A DNA stretch of 57,220 nucleotides from Prorocentrum cordatum (GCA_963575745.1 CAUYUJ010000040.1:62001-119220); one strand, 5' to 3'. Shown: positions 11,292 to 22,958, counted from the stretch's first letter. Numbers and translations are program-made. The notes: generated by a model not told the origin, from the sequence alone.

Positions 11292-11438
11292 TGGTCGCGC
11301 GGATCAGATTTGATCCCTCGGATCAGATTTTGTAGTTTGGATCTATTTTGTCCTCGCGGGAAACCGCGGATCAGATCCGACCTCTTGGATCTGACCCGAG
11401 CCGTTCGGAAACGCAGGATCTGAAAAATAGATCCTGTG
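11292..11438. repeat. GATC-rich subterminal repeat block and putative transposon end
   Basis: About nine GGATCAGAT/GGATCT/AGATCC motifs in both orientations within about 140 bp. Terminal hairpin CAGGATCT-gaaaaat-AGATCCTG, then TG. Confidence 0.6.
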
Positions 11439-11439
11439 G

Positions 11440-12807
11440 ACCCCAGGGAAGGCGTTGAGTGGCGCCACGGCTCCTTCGACCAGCGCCTCGGTCTTTGCCC
11501 GCTGGCGCCGGGCGAGGTGGCGGATCACACCTCGACTCTTCGCTGCCCGTCGAAGGCGAAGCGGCAACGGAAACGGCCCGCCCCCGGCGACCTTGGCGCC
11601 GCCGCCGGAGGAGAGCACAAGAAAGCCTCGGGGTCGAGGCTAGCCCTTGTCCTCGTCCTTGTTATTGTCCTTGTCCTTGTTGCTCCAGCGCTTGTCCTCC
11701 TCCTCCTGGTAATGCTGCTGCTTCGTCGTGGGCGCCGCATTCTGCTCCTCCGCCGCCCGCCGCGCGAACTCCCCCGGCAGCGCTCCGCCGGGATAGTCCA
11801 TCGTGGACATGGTCATCAGCTCGGCCCCACGGCCCCGCGGAAGTCGGGGTTCTTGAGGTTCCTCTTCGTCGCCTGGTGGATCTGGGGAACCAGGCGGCCG
11901 ATCATCTCCGCGGAGGAGAGCTGCCCGAGGTTCAGCTATAGCGCTCAGCAGTGGTGGAGGATCGTCATCAGATCCCGGTGCTTCATCGCCACTGGCGAGT
12001 CCAGGTTCACCCCCGACGCCGGCGCCCAGGAGTCGTGGAACCCGGCCAGCTCCTCCCCCGCCGCTCGCGCCGCCAGCAGCGCCTCGCGGATCGCAGGCGT
12101 CGCCGTCGCCGAGATGGGCCAATCGGCCGGAATCTTCCGTCTCGAAGAACTTCATCACTATCAGCTCTGCGCGCATCGAGAAGTATCTGGCTCGGCCCAC
12201 CTCGCAGCGCACTGACGGCGCTCGAGGGCCCCGGCCTGGCCCTGGCCGCTTCTCCTCGCTCCACTCGTCCACGTCCTGGTCGCCGGCCCTCTCCACGAAC
12301 GCCTAGAAAGTCTCGCCCTCCTCCTTTTTCCCCGCGGGTCCGACGGGCCCGCGCGCCTGGAGCCGGAGTGGGTTCCCGGCGATCTCCGGCGGCGCCGGCC
12401 CCCCGAGCTTGGCCTCGCAGAGGCGACGTCTGCGAACCTCCAGTCGGCCACCAGACCTCCCGCCGCAGGCGCCGCTCCCGCGCCAGCAGGGGCGGCCTCC
12501 AGCGCATTGCCCAAGGCGTCCGCCTCGATCCTCGCAGCCGCCAGCTCGTCCTCCGCCATCGCGTCTGGCCCGCGCAGGTTCCCCCGCGCGCGCGCTGGAG
12601 CTGGCGCCCTCGTCGGGATGGGGCGACGATGTGGTTGGCCAGATTGCTTGCCGCCACATCGAGGTCCGGCATCCAGCCCACGCAGCGACCGTCCGCCAGG
12701 CGGACTCGCAGGACCCTCGCGTGCCATCTGAAGTTCGGGTCGTCGTCGAAATTGATGGCCAACTGGGGCCCGGGGATCAGGGGCGGCCGAGCCGCCGCCG
12801 CCGCCAT
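11440..12807 (-). pseudogene. Decayed ORF1/gag-like sequence, probably from a DIRS (tyrosine-recombinase) retroelement
   Basis: INFDDDPNFRWHARVLRVRLADGRCVGWMPDLDV resembles the WHxRxL...W...TPD N-terminus I recall from dinoflagellate DIRS-like ORF1s. Multiple frameshifts. Recognition is from memory only. Confidence 0.4.
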
Positions 12808-14435
12808 AATACCTCAAGGGCGGCTCTAGCGGCGGCTGGGCGCCCAGGCTGACTCCTCGAGCTCCGGCTCCGCGCCCCGCCCCGAAGAGGCAGACGAGCG
12901 AGGCGAGCGCCGCGCTCGCCCCGCTCGTCTGCGGCGCGCTCAGCGCGGCGCAGCCGATGGAGCGCCAGCTGCGCCGCCGCGGCTGGCGGGCGCCTCGCCC
13001 AGCGCCGCGAGGCCAGGCCGCGACCCCGGCTGCCGGGCGCTGCGCCGGCGCCCCCGCGCCCAGACCTCCCCGGCAGCGAAGACCGCGGCTGCCGCGAGCC
13101 CGCCGGGCCCGGCGAGGACGGGAGCGAGAGCCCCGGCCGCTGCTGCCTGGCCCCGCGCGCCGGGCGCGCCGAGCCCTGGCGGTCGCAGACGACCGCCGGG
13201 CACGAAGGCGGCGGCGCCGCCGCGGAGCGCGCCCCGCAGGCGAGCCGCGGCTCGCGCGGGCAAGCCGGGCACGGCGGCGAGGCTGATCGCGCGGCCCAGC
13301 CCCCGATGGCTGATGCGGCCAGCTTGCTGGCGAAGCTGGCGGCCGCAATCAGAATCTCGCGACCCACCCGCCGGGGTGGCAATGACTCGAGAAAAAGCTG
13401 CAGGGGCGCTGGCGCGAGGGCTATAGGGTGCAAGCACCCTATAGAAACTTTCTGTATCATGCCGCCTCTTTCGTCGCCCCCCCCCTGCCACTTTCCCCCC
13501 GCTGCTGCGGCGGCGGCTTTTCGGCCTCCCTTCCCGTCCTTCTCGTGCCATTCGTTATCGCTGCCGCTGTTCTCTCAGCCCGGGCCTCGCTCCTCGCCCT
13601 TCCATCGCAGTCCTGCGAGTCGAACGTCGCGCGCGCGAATGACGGCGCCTGCGCTGTCGTTGATCATGAAAGTATTGGCCAACTCCCCTTGTCAATTGAT
13701 GCGAATGAGTCGGGTGCGTCGCAGGGCAATTACGGTTCGATCGCCCTCCTCCGTCTCCTATTCGTTTTCCTCCTTTCATCATCCCTTTTCCTCTCCTCCT
13801 TGCCCCCCCCCGCCCCCCGCGACGGACGCCCCCCTCAAAAAAAACACGCAAAACAACCTCGCGTCTTGCTGATGCTGCCACAACCTTCGCCAACTATCCC
13901 TCATCCTCCTGCTCGTCGCCGCCCGCCATTATTCTCTGGCGCGTCGTCGCGCGTGTCCACCCGCCCGGCGGCGCTTCAATTGTCGCCCCTCGCCTTCCTG
14001 TTCCGCCCCCGCGCCCCGCCCCCCCCCCCCCCCCCCCCCCCGTCGACTTCCATTGGCCCCCCGACGTGCAAAACAAATCCCGCCAGCCCTCTGGGCGACA
14101 GGTGGTCTAGCGATGTTTGTTTTCCTGGTCCAAAAGCTTCTTCTCTCACTTCGGGAAGGGGCTTGAATCTGCCGGGGCCTGGGGGGCCCAGCCAGCAGCT
14201 TCGCGCCGGGCGAAGCCCATGTCCAAGGAAAACTAGCCCCAGGAGTAGGATATCGTCGCGGGAACGAGGGGCCATCTCAAGCGAAGATGTTCTCGGTCTC
14301 GATAGCAAGTAGCGCGCGTCGCGCTGAGGCGCAGTCGCGTCTTGGCGGCCGGCCGCTCGAGTACAAACGGCCGCGGACGCGCGCTCGCCATCTCTCGCCC
14401 TTGCCCCGGTTCTCTTTAGAGTCGGGGGGGGGGGG

Positions 14436-14830
14436 GGTCAGTTTCAGTGGGGGAGCAGTGAAACAGGTACAGTGAGAACAGAGAGGGAGAACAACCCTCA
14501 GTGAATGAGCCCATTTGCCTGTTTCGTCCATAGCAACTTTGGCGCAGGCTGCTTGCTAGCCTGTGTGGTGATTTACAGCATCTCACCTCGGTCCGAAGCT
14601 CAGGGGGACCAAACGCGATATCCTGGATTGATTATAAAACGGAATATCTATTTTCCCTTCACGCCATCCCGCCAATCTTCCGCCACTACGTGCCCTCCGC
14701 CGACCCTGGGAGCATCCTGGACTCGTCTTTGAGACACGTTCGCGGACATAGGCTCAGGACCCCTTTTCAGATTGTGAGGGCATCTCGAAGCGGAAGGCTG
14801 AGATCCGTGGAATAGCACGCTCCACTGACT
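14436..14830 (+). repeat. 5' LTR
   Basis: Direct repeat of 22575-22958, roughly 92% identical by eye, with a 13-bp extra segment near its end. Termini are (G)GTCAGT...ACTGAC(T). Confidence 0.93.
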
Positions 14831-14831
14831 T

Positions 14832-14843
14832 TGGTAGCCAGAC
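14832..14843 (+). promoter_or_regulatory. Primer binding site (TGGTAGCCAGAC), tRNA-iMet-like
   Basis: TGG starts 1 nt after the LTR end. Resembles TGGTAGCAGAG, the complement of initiator tRNA-Met 3' ends. Confidence 0.65.
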
Positions 14844-14891
14844 GAAGTTGCGGCAAACTTCGAGAGTCATAACTCGATCTCCAAGTTTTAG

Positions 14892-16636
14892 ATGGCAAAT
14901 GAGAATGGAGGCGGCCTAAAAATACCGACGTGGAATGGTGAAGCATCAGCTCTCGAGAGTTTGAAGGAGAAGGTCAAACTGTGGGTCCTGGGCACAAAGA
15001 AGGAGGAGCGCATATACCTGGGGCCGCGACTACTGCAGGCCATGGATGAGGACTCACAGCTGTGGCATGAGGCCAAGAAGGTCGCAACAGAGGATTTGAT
15101 CAAAGGACGGAGCCGAACAGGTGGTATCAGCGCTGAAGGGCATCCGAGGTACGGTCACCATGCAGGAGGCAGTTGCGAAGTGGAGAGAATTCATGAAAGG
15201 AGTTTACCGAAACCCGGGAGAAGATCCAAAAATATGGGTTTCGAGATTTGACATCCACCTGAGCAAGATCGGGAAGGCCCTCCATGCAGTATGTGACGAC
15301 ATCCCAGCGACAGGATTCATGCACGAGTTTATATTGGGACTGATTCTCTTGGATGGGACAGGCCTAGATCCATCAGAGCAGGCAGCTGTGCTGGCGACAC
15401 CAGGAGCACGTGGCAACTCATACATGTACAATGACGTGAAGAAGGTGCTGGCAGAGCAGTGGTCAGACGAACAGCTAACGGCGCGAGGTCGACAAAAAGG
15501 TTACAAAGCTCGTAGAGGAGTTCATGCCATCTTCGAGGACTCCGATGAGCTGGCGGCCTACGCGGAGGAGGTCTACGAGGAGGCCTACAAATACGGCTTC
15601 GGGGGGGCCAGCGACCTGACCGAGACAGCGATGACAGCCGCAGAGGACCTGATCTCCTACGCGGGCGCGGACACAGGAGAACGAGCTGAACAAGAAGCAG
15701 GTGGGGATGGACTGGCAGCCGCCGCGTTGCCCAACGAAGGCGGGGACTTCGACGACTGGACGGAGACCGCCTATGCCGCGTCCAGAACGTTCCAAGAAGC
15801 ACGTCAGCTCATCAACGAAGTGAAGAACGCGGGGGCTTCTTCCCGGTGGTAGGGCTTGGGGCCTACGACGCACTACCGGGACAAACTGGTGCCGGACGTG
15901 GACGCGCGGTCAGCCGTGGAGGACCTCCACGGAAGGGCAAAGGCAAGGAAAGGAACCAACCGAAGAGCAATCCCAAAGGCAAGGGCACTGCGCAGGACAA
16001 CACGAAGAACACGACGGCGAACCAGAAGACCATTGACCGCGACACGTGTCGTCTCTGTGGAGAGCGAGGACACCGAGCCAAGGATTGTCCCAATCGGGGC
16101 AACGCAGGAACAGCTGGAGACCGACGCCGAGCATTCAACAGCTTCGTGGGGGCTCTCTACGAGAACGATCCGACGGAGCTCATCGGGGCCGCGAATGACG
16201 ACCAGGAAGAAGAGTGTGACTTCGTGGGGTTCAGCCTGGAGGAGTGCAAGGGCTACGCACTTCTGGACGGAGGCGCCTCGTGGTCGGTAGGAGGCGTCGA
16301 GCAGCTGGAGTACATCAACGAGAAGCTCGAGAAACCCATGGAGGTCGACGTGAACCAGAACCTGGGATTCACGCTCGCTGGAGGGGATCGAGCCGACGCT
16401 CCATCCCGGGCATCGTTCGAGGTCGAGAGCTTAGACCACAAGAGGATCGAGATCTACGTGTTGGATCGGCCTTCGCCAGTTCTCCTGGGCATCGACGCGC
16501 TGGAGAAATGTGGGCAAGTGATCGACTAGGGTAGGAACTCAGTCTACTCACAGAAGCTGGGGAAGGAGCTGACCACGAAGGTGCTCGCATCCGGGCACGT
16601 AGCCATCAGCCTGACCGACCTTGGTCAGCAGAGGTC
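14892..16636 (+). pseudogene. gag: copia gag plus aspartic protease (frameshifted)
   Basis: KIPTWNGE N-terminus, Zn knuckle CRLCGERGHRAKDC (CX2CX4HX4C), protease ALLDGGAS and PVLLGIDAL. Frameshifts near 15110 and 15840; stop at 16527-16529. Confidence 0.85.
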
Positions 16637-17946
16637 TAGCTCGAGCCGCGAATAGGGACAGCACCCTGGTCGCGGCATGGAGACTGTGGAAAAGCCGCCC
16701 CCCAGCGTCGCCACCTCCAGGGAAACAAATGGCGCAGAGGACCTCCCAAGAGAACTCCTGCAGCTTTTAGACTTGAGCCCCAACCTGAGAAATCAATTCC
16801 CGAAGCTATGTGAGGAAATGCTGAATCCCATTCGTAGCTACCTCGCAAAAAAAAAGCACATTGGATCGAAGGAAAGAAAACAGCTAAAGATATATGGGAA
16901 TCGTCTTCGGGTTCTTGTGCCGTATGCACCGGAGAGTTCGATTCCAACGGTGTGACCCTCGAGTTCTCGGAGAGAACAGGTCGAAAGGACTTATTGGGGA
17001 TCGGCTTACCTATATTATTCGTGAAGACGGTGAACGGGTATGACTTCTCGAACGATTTCAAAATCTCGCACGCGCTCGACGAGTAGAAATATATCGCTGG
17101 GTAGGCATATCGGTCTTTCCGAAGTACGTTTCGGCTCAGGCTCAACGCTTGCAGCCAGGGCCTCCCGACACCAGTCTCCTCGTCGGGGCAGTCTATGACC
17201 AGGTCACGCGGCCATCGCAACCAGACCCGCCAGGGGGCGAACGCTTTCATGGAACAAGTGAAATGCAGGGACTGTGGAGAGATTCTCTTCAAATACATAT
17301 TCAATCGGGTGCAGAACGAGCAGTTGGCTCTCTGTGCCCAGTCCCGCGAGAACTTCCAGAGGCTGCAGGCGATGGGACGTGCTCAGGCACCGCCACGACC
17401 ATCATGCAACCCAACATGGAACTCATCATCGAGCAACACAGAGACAGAGACGGAGAAGCCAACGACCGGAGCGCCTACGCCTACTTCGGCCAGACCACTT
17501 CCAAGTCGGCTGTCAGCAGAGGTCATCAGGAAGCTGACGGACACCGAGGCGCAGCAGATCATCGAGAACGAGAGGCAGGCCATCGGGAACGAGGAGCACA
17601 CCAAGCTGGCCAAGGAGATCACCCAGAAGGGCCTCGTCGACACGCCAGGTCTCAACGGCAAGACGGACGTGGACTACAACCTGTTCAAGATGGAGGAAGA
17701 GACCGTGGAGAAGTCCAGGGCCAGCAAGAGGTTTGGGATACCCGAGATGGCCAGCAGCAGCAGCGGCGTCAAGGACGTCAGGAACATTCCAGTGCCAGAG
17801 GATCTGCCGACGCCGTCAGGGATGCCGAGGCCGTTCGGGGACTTGCACGTAGTGTGAAGCCGAAGATGTGGAGTGCTCTGTTAGCAGCGGTGACAGCACT
17901 GAATCATATGCCGGAGTTGGCCTGGGACGCAGCAGAGAACTACTAG

Positions 17947-18570
17947 CGACTCGACTTGGCAGAGGTGGCTTGTGTAGCGGACTCAACGCCATCGAAGGCG
18001 GTGATGGGGCTAGGTGGCAAGGCCGTAAGACTCAGTAACTGGAACGGCTATGACTTCTCTACGCGTACCGGGGCCGGGAAGCTTCCGAATATACTCAAAG
18101 AGAAGAGGCCGAGAAAGATCTGGTTCTCACCAACTTGCGGGGCAGAATGCCCACTTCAGAACCTGAATCCCATCGCCGAGGAGTCCGAGAAGAAGCTGGT
18201 CAAGACGAGGGGGATTCAGAGAAACCTGCTGTGGGTGATCAACAAGCTCAAAGAAGAAGACTTCGGAGACATCTATTTCGAGCAGCCAGGAAAATGCAGA
18301 TCATGGACAGGCAACTTCAAGGACATACGAAGGCAGCTCTTTGGCGCCATCATCCATGGATGCATGTACGACATGAGGGACGAGAAGGAAAGCGTGCTTC
18401 TGAAAATGGAGTGGTACATCGCGACATCGGACGAGAAGTTCGGCGATACCGTTGGGAGAGTATGTCAAAATCTTCATGCTCATCTACCTCTGGAAGGGAG
18501 CACTCGAGTGGCACTCTCAGCGAACTACCCCGTGAACATGTGTAAGCATATTGCCAAGTACTTATTGATC
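17947..18570 (+). pseudogene. C5-cytosine DNA methyltransferase-like domain within copia pol
   Basis: LDLAEVACVADS (degenerate motif I), GYDF, IWFSPTC (motif IV with catalytic Cys, 18121-18138), IYFEQP (motif VI), IHGCMY (VII), KMEWYIAT (VIII-like) and a C-terminal SANYP..MC. Confidence 0.7.
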
Positions 18571-18899
18571 AAGCCCTCGTCAGACGATGCTCTGAGCTTT
18601 CTCGTGAAGGCACACAATGAGCTTGAACAAAATGTATTTGCCGCAAGGCACAGGCACACGACGAAGCGACCAGCGGACACAGATGATCCAGAGCTATGGG
18701 AACCCAAGCGACCAACCCTGGAACCAGCAGAAGTACCACAGGAGCCAGAAGGAGATTATCCAGCAAGAGAGGAAGAGACTCGCGCCTGGAAGGAAGAGAG
18801 CGACGTTCGACCCGAAGAAGGAAGTGAAGCTCTTTCAGTAGGAAATTTTCGACTACCACTTCCGAAAAGCGTGCAAGAGTGCTCCAAGCGAGAGATCCG

Positions 18900-19990
18900 G
18901 GATCTGGAGGCTATCATAGCACATGTACATCGCAACTTCGGGCACTGCAGCATGAGGACAGTCGAGGCAGCACTAAAGAGCAGGAGAGCCAATCAGAAGA
19001 TCATCGACCCGTGCAGCCACTACGAATGTCCCTCCTGTAAGGCAGCTCAACGCTTTCAACTGCGGCCGATTGCGAGTTCCGAGCCATCGGTGGCACAGCC
19101 AGGGAAGGAGCTGGGCTGCGACAACTTCTACTGGACTCATCCTCGTAGAGCATATCATATTCGCGGAGCGCTGTGCGCAGATTACGGAAGCCGCTTCGTC
19201 AAATGCCAGATCCTCGCCAAGAAAGATGTGCTGGAGAGCTGCGGCGATGCAACGGCCAAGGAGATGAAGGAAATGGTTCTCACCACGTGGATTCATCACT
19301 ATGGGAAATCAGATGTACTTCGCACCGATCCTGAAGGTTGTTTCCGCCAAGCTGAACACCGTGCTTGGATGTCAGGCAACGGCGTCGAGTGGCAACCAGA
19401 ACTAGGTGAAGCTCACTGGAGGATGGGCGTGATCGAGGGGGGCATCGAGACGATCAAAGAGATTGCGAATCGCATCGCGTGGGAGCTCCCAGACGACACC
19501 GGCCCGAACGATATTTTCACGTGGGCATGTGCGGCGAACAACGACCTGATGCGCCACAGAGGATACAGTCCGTTCATGCTGTCGTACCCCGTCGGGGCAG
19601 GGTCTAGAAGACGAAGAGAACCCCTCGGTGCTCAGCAATCACCTGATCGACGATAATTTCCAGGACCTCACCGCGGTTAAGAAAGCAGCGTACAATGCGT
19701 GTGTAGACCACTACCTGTCGGAGAAGACAAAGAGGGCGCTGCTGGCAAAGACGCGGCCGTTCCAGACGTGGGAACCAGGCGAGAAAGCCCACTACTGGAG
19801 AAGCTCCAATGGGAACAGTCACACGACTAAGCAGGACATGGCTGGACGATTTCACGGGCCAGCTACCGTACTCATGCAAGAGCGCGAGATTAAGAATGGA
19901 GCATGTGGACGCAGAGGAATAGTCTGGTTGGTAGATGGAGATCGCCTGGTACGAGCGAGCTGCTTCAGCACACCCACGTACTACTACGAA
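18900..19990 (+). pseudogene. copia integrase
   Basis: HHCC finger (HRNFGH...CPSC), catalytic LGCD, LRTDPEG and GVIE, then GYSPF and the downstream GEKAHYWR...RFHGPATV segment. Frameshift near 19590. Confidence 0.88.
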
Positions 19991-20477
19991 GGCAGAGCAG
20001 ACGCTGGAGAACATAACTGCGGGAAGTTCAGATCATTTCAGGAAAATAGTGCACGAACTCACCAAGGGCTCGTTCGACGACATAGTAGATCAAGCCGGAC
20101 CTGACGAATGGGGCGATATCCCAGAAGGCGAAGGAGACGAGCAACCCGGAAGCGGACCACCTGCAGATCACGAACCAGCCGCCCAAGCAGAGGAAGTTCA
20201 CTACGAAGAAGAGGAATCTCCACCAGGACCTCGTCCAGGAGATGAAGAGCACGGAGGTGAGACATCTCAAGACGAAAAGGAGGATGGTTAACGCTCATCT
20301 GCACGACCAGCTCGACCAACTCAATGGGACAGCGAGCCACCACCGGAAGGAATCAATAAGCGCGAGGCCAGTGCAGAACCTCCGTATGATCGTGAGGTAA
20401 AACGTCAGCGAGCTGACTTCATAGGCTATCTGGCAGAGCTCAACAAGAAGGTACCATTCGTTGCGCTGCAAGACACT

Positions 20478-22491
20478 TTGCGAAAGGAACCCGAAGGAGG
20501 AGAGTCAGAAGAATGGGGGGCTCCCTGGGAATTCACCAAGAAGTTCCGAAGAGAGAATCTGATCGGTCACGTCGGAGAAGAAGCTTCAGCACTGGCAGTC
20601 ACTGTGGCATTCGAGGTGGAGGAGAATGACGTGGACCTGCTGTATCAGAAGCCGCAGAAAGCTCTTGCAGCCTTGGTGAAGCAGAATAAAACAGAAGCGA
20701 AGCTAAGGAACCTTACTCCAGAAGAGAAAGCTCAAATGCCAGCAGCAAAGAACAACGAGATCAAGTCGTTCATGAAGTACAAGGTCTGCGAGGCAACTAG
20801 TCAAGCAGGAGTGCATCCCGGAGCGCTGGTTAAGATGCGTTGGGTCATCACTCGGAAAGAATGGGGGGACCTGAAAGACCGACTCGTCGTGCTAGGTTAT
20901 ACCGATCCCAGCCTGGGCCAGATCAAGACCGCATCGCCAACGCGCAGCCGCAGAGCGAGACAGATGTTCTTGGGAGTTGCAGTTTCGATGGGGTTCCAGG
21001 TGTTCAAGGGCGACGGCAAGGCCGCATTTCTCCAAAGAGATCTTGGAGAAGAGGATCGCAACGTCCTTGCAGAGCCTGTGAAGGAGTTGCGGGAAGCTAT
21101 GCGGCTGGAACACCACCAGTGCATCAAGCTGAAGAAGGCAGCCTAGACGTTGGTGGTCACGAGCGAGGAAGGACATGGAGAAGCTTGGCTGGGTCGAGTC
21201 CATTACTGAGCCGTGCCTATGGTGCCTCCGCGACAAGAGGGATAAGCTGTGCGGCTTGGCAGTAGCTCACGTGGATGACTTCACGATTGCCGTCGGCAAT
21301 ACCTCGAAGTTTGCCACTGACGCACTTCAACGACTTACTCAAGCTTACGAGTGGGGCAGCTGGAAGACTCCAGATGTTGTGCAGTGTGGGACTAGGATCA
21401 GACAGGAGCACGACGGTCGCACGAAGACTTGGGGGCGCATTCATCTCAACATGGTCGACAACGCGCAGGAGCTGAAGGAGATCGGCATACCGACGCAGCG
21501 CCGCAAGGACATCGAGTCAGCGGTTACGCCGAGCGAAGCCACCCAACTTCGAGCAGTCCTAGGACAACTGATGTGGCTGGCGACTCAAGGAGTACCTCTG
21601 ATATGTGCAGAGCTGTCCTTGCTACTCGCGGACACGAACACGGCCACCATCGACGCGCTCTTGCAGGCCAACAAGTTGACTCGGAGAGCGAAGATAGAGG
21701 TCCAGAAGGAGCTGATCATGGAGAAGCATCTCAACCCTTGTATCGTTGGGTATTCGGATGCCGCCTGGAATGTTCGACGAGATGGTTCGTCGCAAGGAGG
21801 CTTCCTGATCTTCATGACAGACTGCAGCCTGATGCAGAATAAGGAGGCGCCAATTTCACTAATAGCGTGGGCGTCCGCGAAACTACCTCGAGCGTGTAGG
21901 AGTTCGAGTGCGGCAGAAGCACAAGCGGCCGGCGAGGCGCAGGAGGAGCTGGAATTCTGTAGACTGGTGCTGAGCGAACTCCTACTAGGACCGACACCTC
22001 TGAAGCAGTGGGCGACCCGATGTGCGAAGATTCCAGGAGCCCTCGTACTGGGCTGCCGTGGCGCGTTCGATGCGTTGGACAAGTCGGAGAGCAGCGCGCT
22101 GGGCATGAAAGACAAGAGGAGTGCACTGGAAGCCCTGGCTCTGAAGAGAGGCATGGCGGCGACAGCAACTTCATTGCGGTGGTGTCACAGCGGCGCGCAG
22201 CTGAGCGACTGAGTGACGAAGACCTCCGAGAAGCCGAGAGCGAGCTACAACTTGCGGCAACAAAGAGGAAGCTGGAAGCTGATCTTCGACGCGAACTTGA
22301 TTTCGGAGAAAGCCAGAAAGAAGAATGACATGGACACTCTCGACCAGGAGACGTTCTTCGCAGTGGATGAAGATGATGCGTGGCCACTATATCCGGATGA
22401 ATTGGAAATCGAGACGGAGTCGGAGATCGCGGCAGACTACCGACACCCAGAGGCACGACGTCTGATGATGGAAGACGCGACGCCTCAATAA
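20478..22491 (+). pseudogene. pol: copia reverse transcriptase plus RNase H
   Basis: MRWVITRK..LKDRLVVLG, KGDGKAAFLQ, LKKAA, EPCLW, AHVDDF; RNase H motifs GYSDAAW, SSSAAEAQA and WCHSGAQLSD. Break near 21146-21175 and a stop at 22210-22212. Confidence 0.92.
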
Positions 22492-22574
22492 AGAAGGAGT
22501 TAGACACGCTGGACTACACATGGAGTGTCTTGCCCGAGCTAGAGACCGAGGGCTCTCACTGACGGTTCGGGGCA

Positions 22575-22958
22575 TGTCAGTTTCAGTGGGAGAACAGTGA
22601 AACAGGTGCAGTAAGAAGAACAGGGAGGGAGAACAACCCTCAGTGAATGAGCCCATTTGCTTGTTTCGTCCATCGCAGCTTTGGCGCAAGCTGTTTGCTA
22701 GCCTGCGCGGTGATTTGCAGCATCTCACCTCGGTCCGAAGCCCAGGGGGGCCAGACGCGATTTCCTGGGTTGATTATAAAACGGAATATCTATTTTCTCT
22801 TCTCGCCATCCCGCCAATCTTCCGCCACTACGTGCCCTCCGCCGACCCTGAGAGCATCCTGGACTCGTCTTTGGGGCGCGTTCGTGGACATAGGCTCAAG
22901 GCCCCTTTCAGATTGCGAGGACATCTCGAAGCGAAAGGCTGAGATCCGTGCACTGACA
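22575..22958 (+). repeat. 3' LTR
   Basis: Canonical TG...CA ends with a perfect 7-bp inverted repeat TGTCAGT...ACTGACA. Confidence 0.95.

Larger units (their letters stand above)
1..11438 (-). mobile_element. Putative large CMC/EnSpm(CACTA)/Plavaka-like DNA transposon with cargo ORFs; the other end is probably outside the window
   Basis: Contains a DDE transposase gene (1390-3783) and co-oriented ORFs. It ends in a GATC-rich subterminal repeat block finishing ...AAATAGATCCTGTG (reverse complement CACAGG..., a CMC-type terminus). An abrupt switch to unrelated GC-rich decayed sequence follows. The boundary is inferred; the partner TIR and TSD are not visible. Confidence 0.5.
14436..22958 (+). 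mobile_element. Full-length Ty1/copia LTR retrotransposon carrying a DNA-methyltransferase-like domain; inactivated by stops and frameshifts
   Basis: Paired LTRs, PBS, and domain order gag(CCHC)-PR-extra-DNMT-like-INT-RT-RNaseH. INT before RT is the copia arrangement. Flanked by G-runs on both sides. Confidence 0.93.

Noticed and set aside
12161..13551. Several long R/A/P/G-rich overlapping ORFs
   Set aside because: Stop-poor, very high-GC sequence open in many frames, with no coherent protein motif.
14633..14639. TATAAAA in the LTR as a TATA box
   Set aside because: Present in both LTRs, but dinoflagellate promoters are not known to rely on TATA and there is no supporting evidence here.
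22555..22574. Polypurine tract before the 3' LTR
   Set aside because: Only GGTTCGGGGCA is present; too weak to call.
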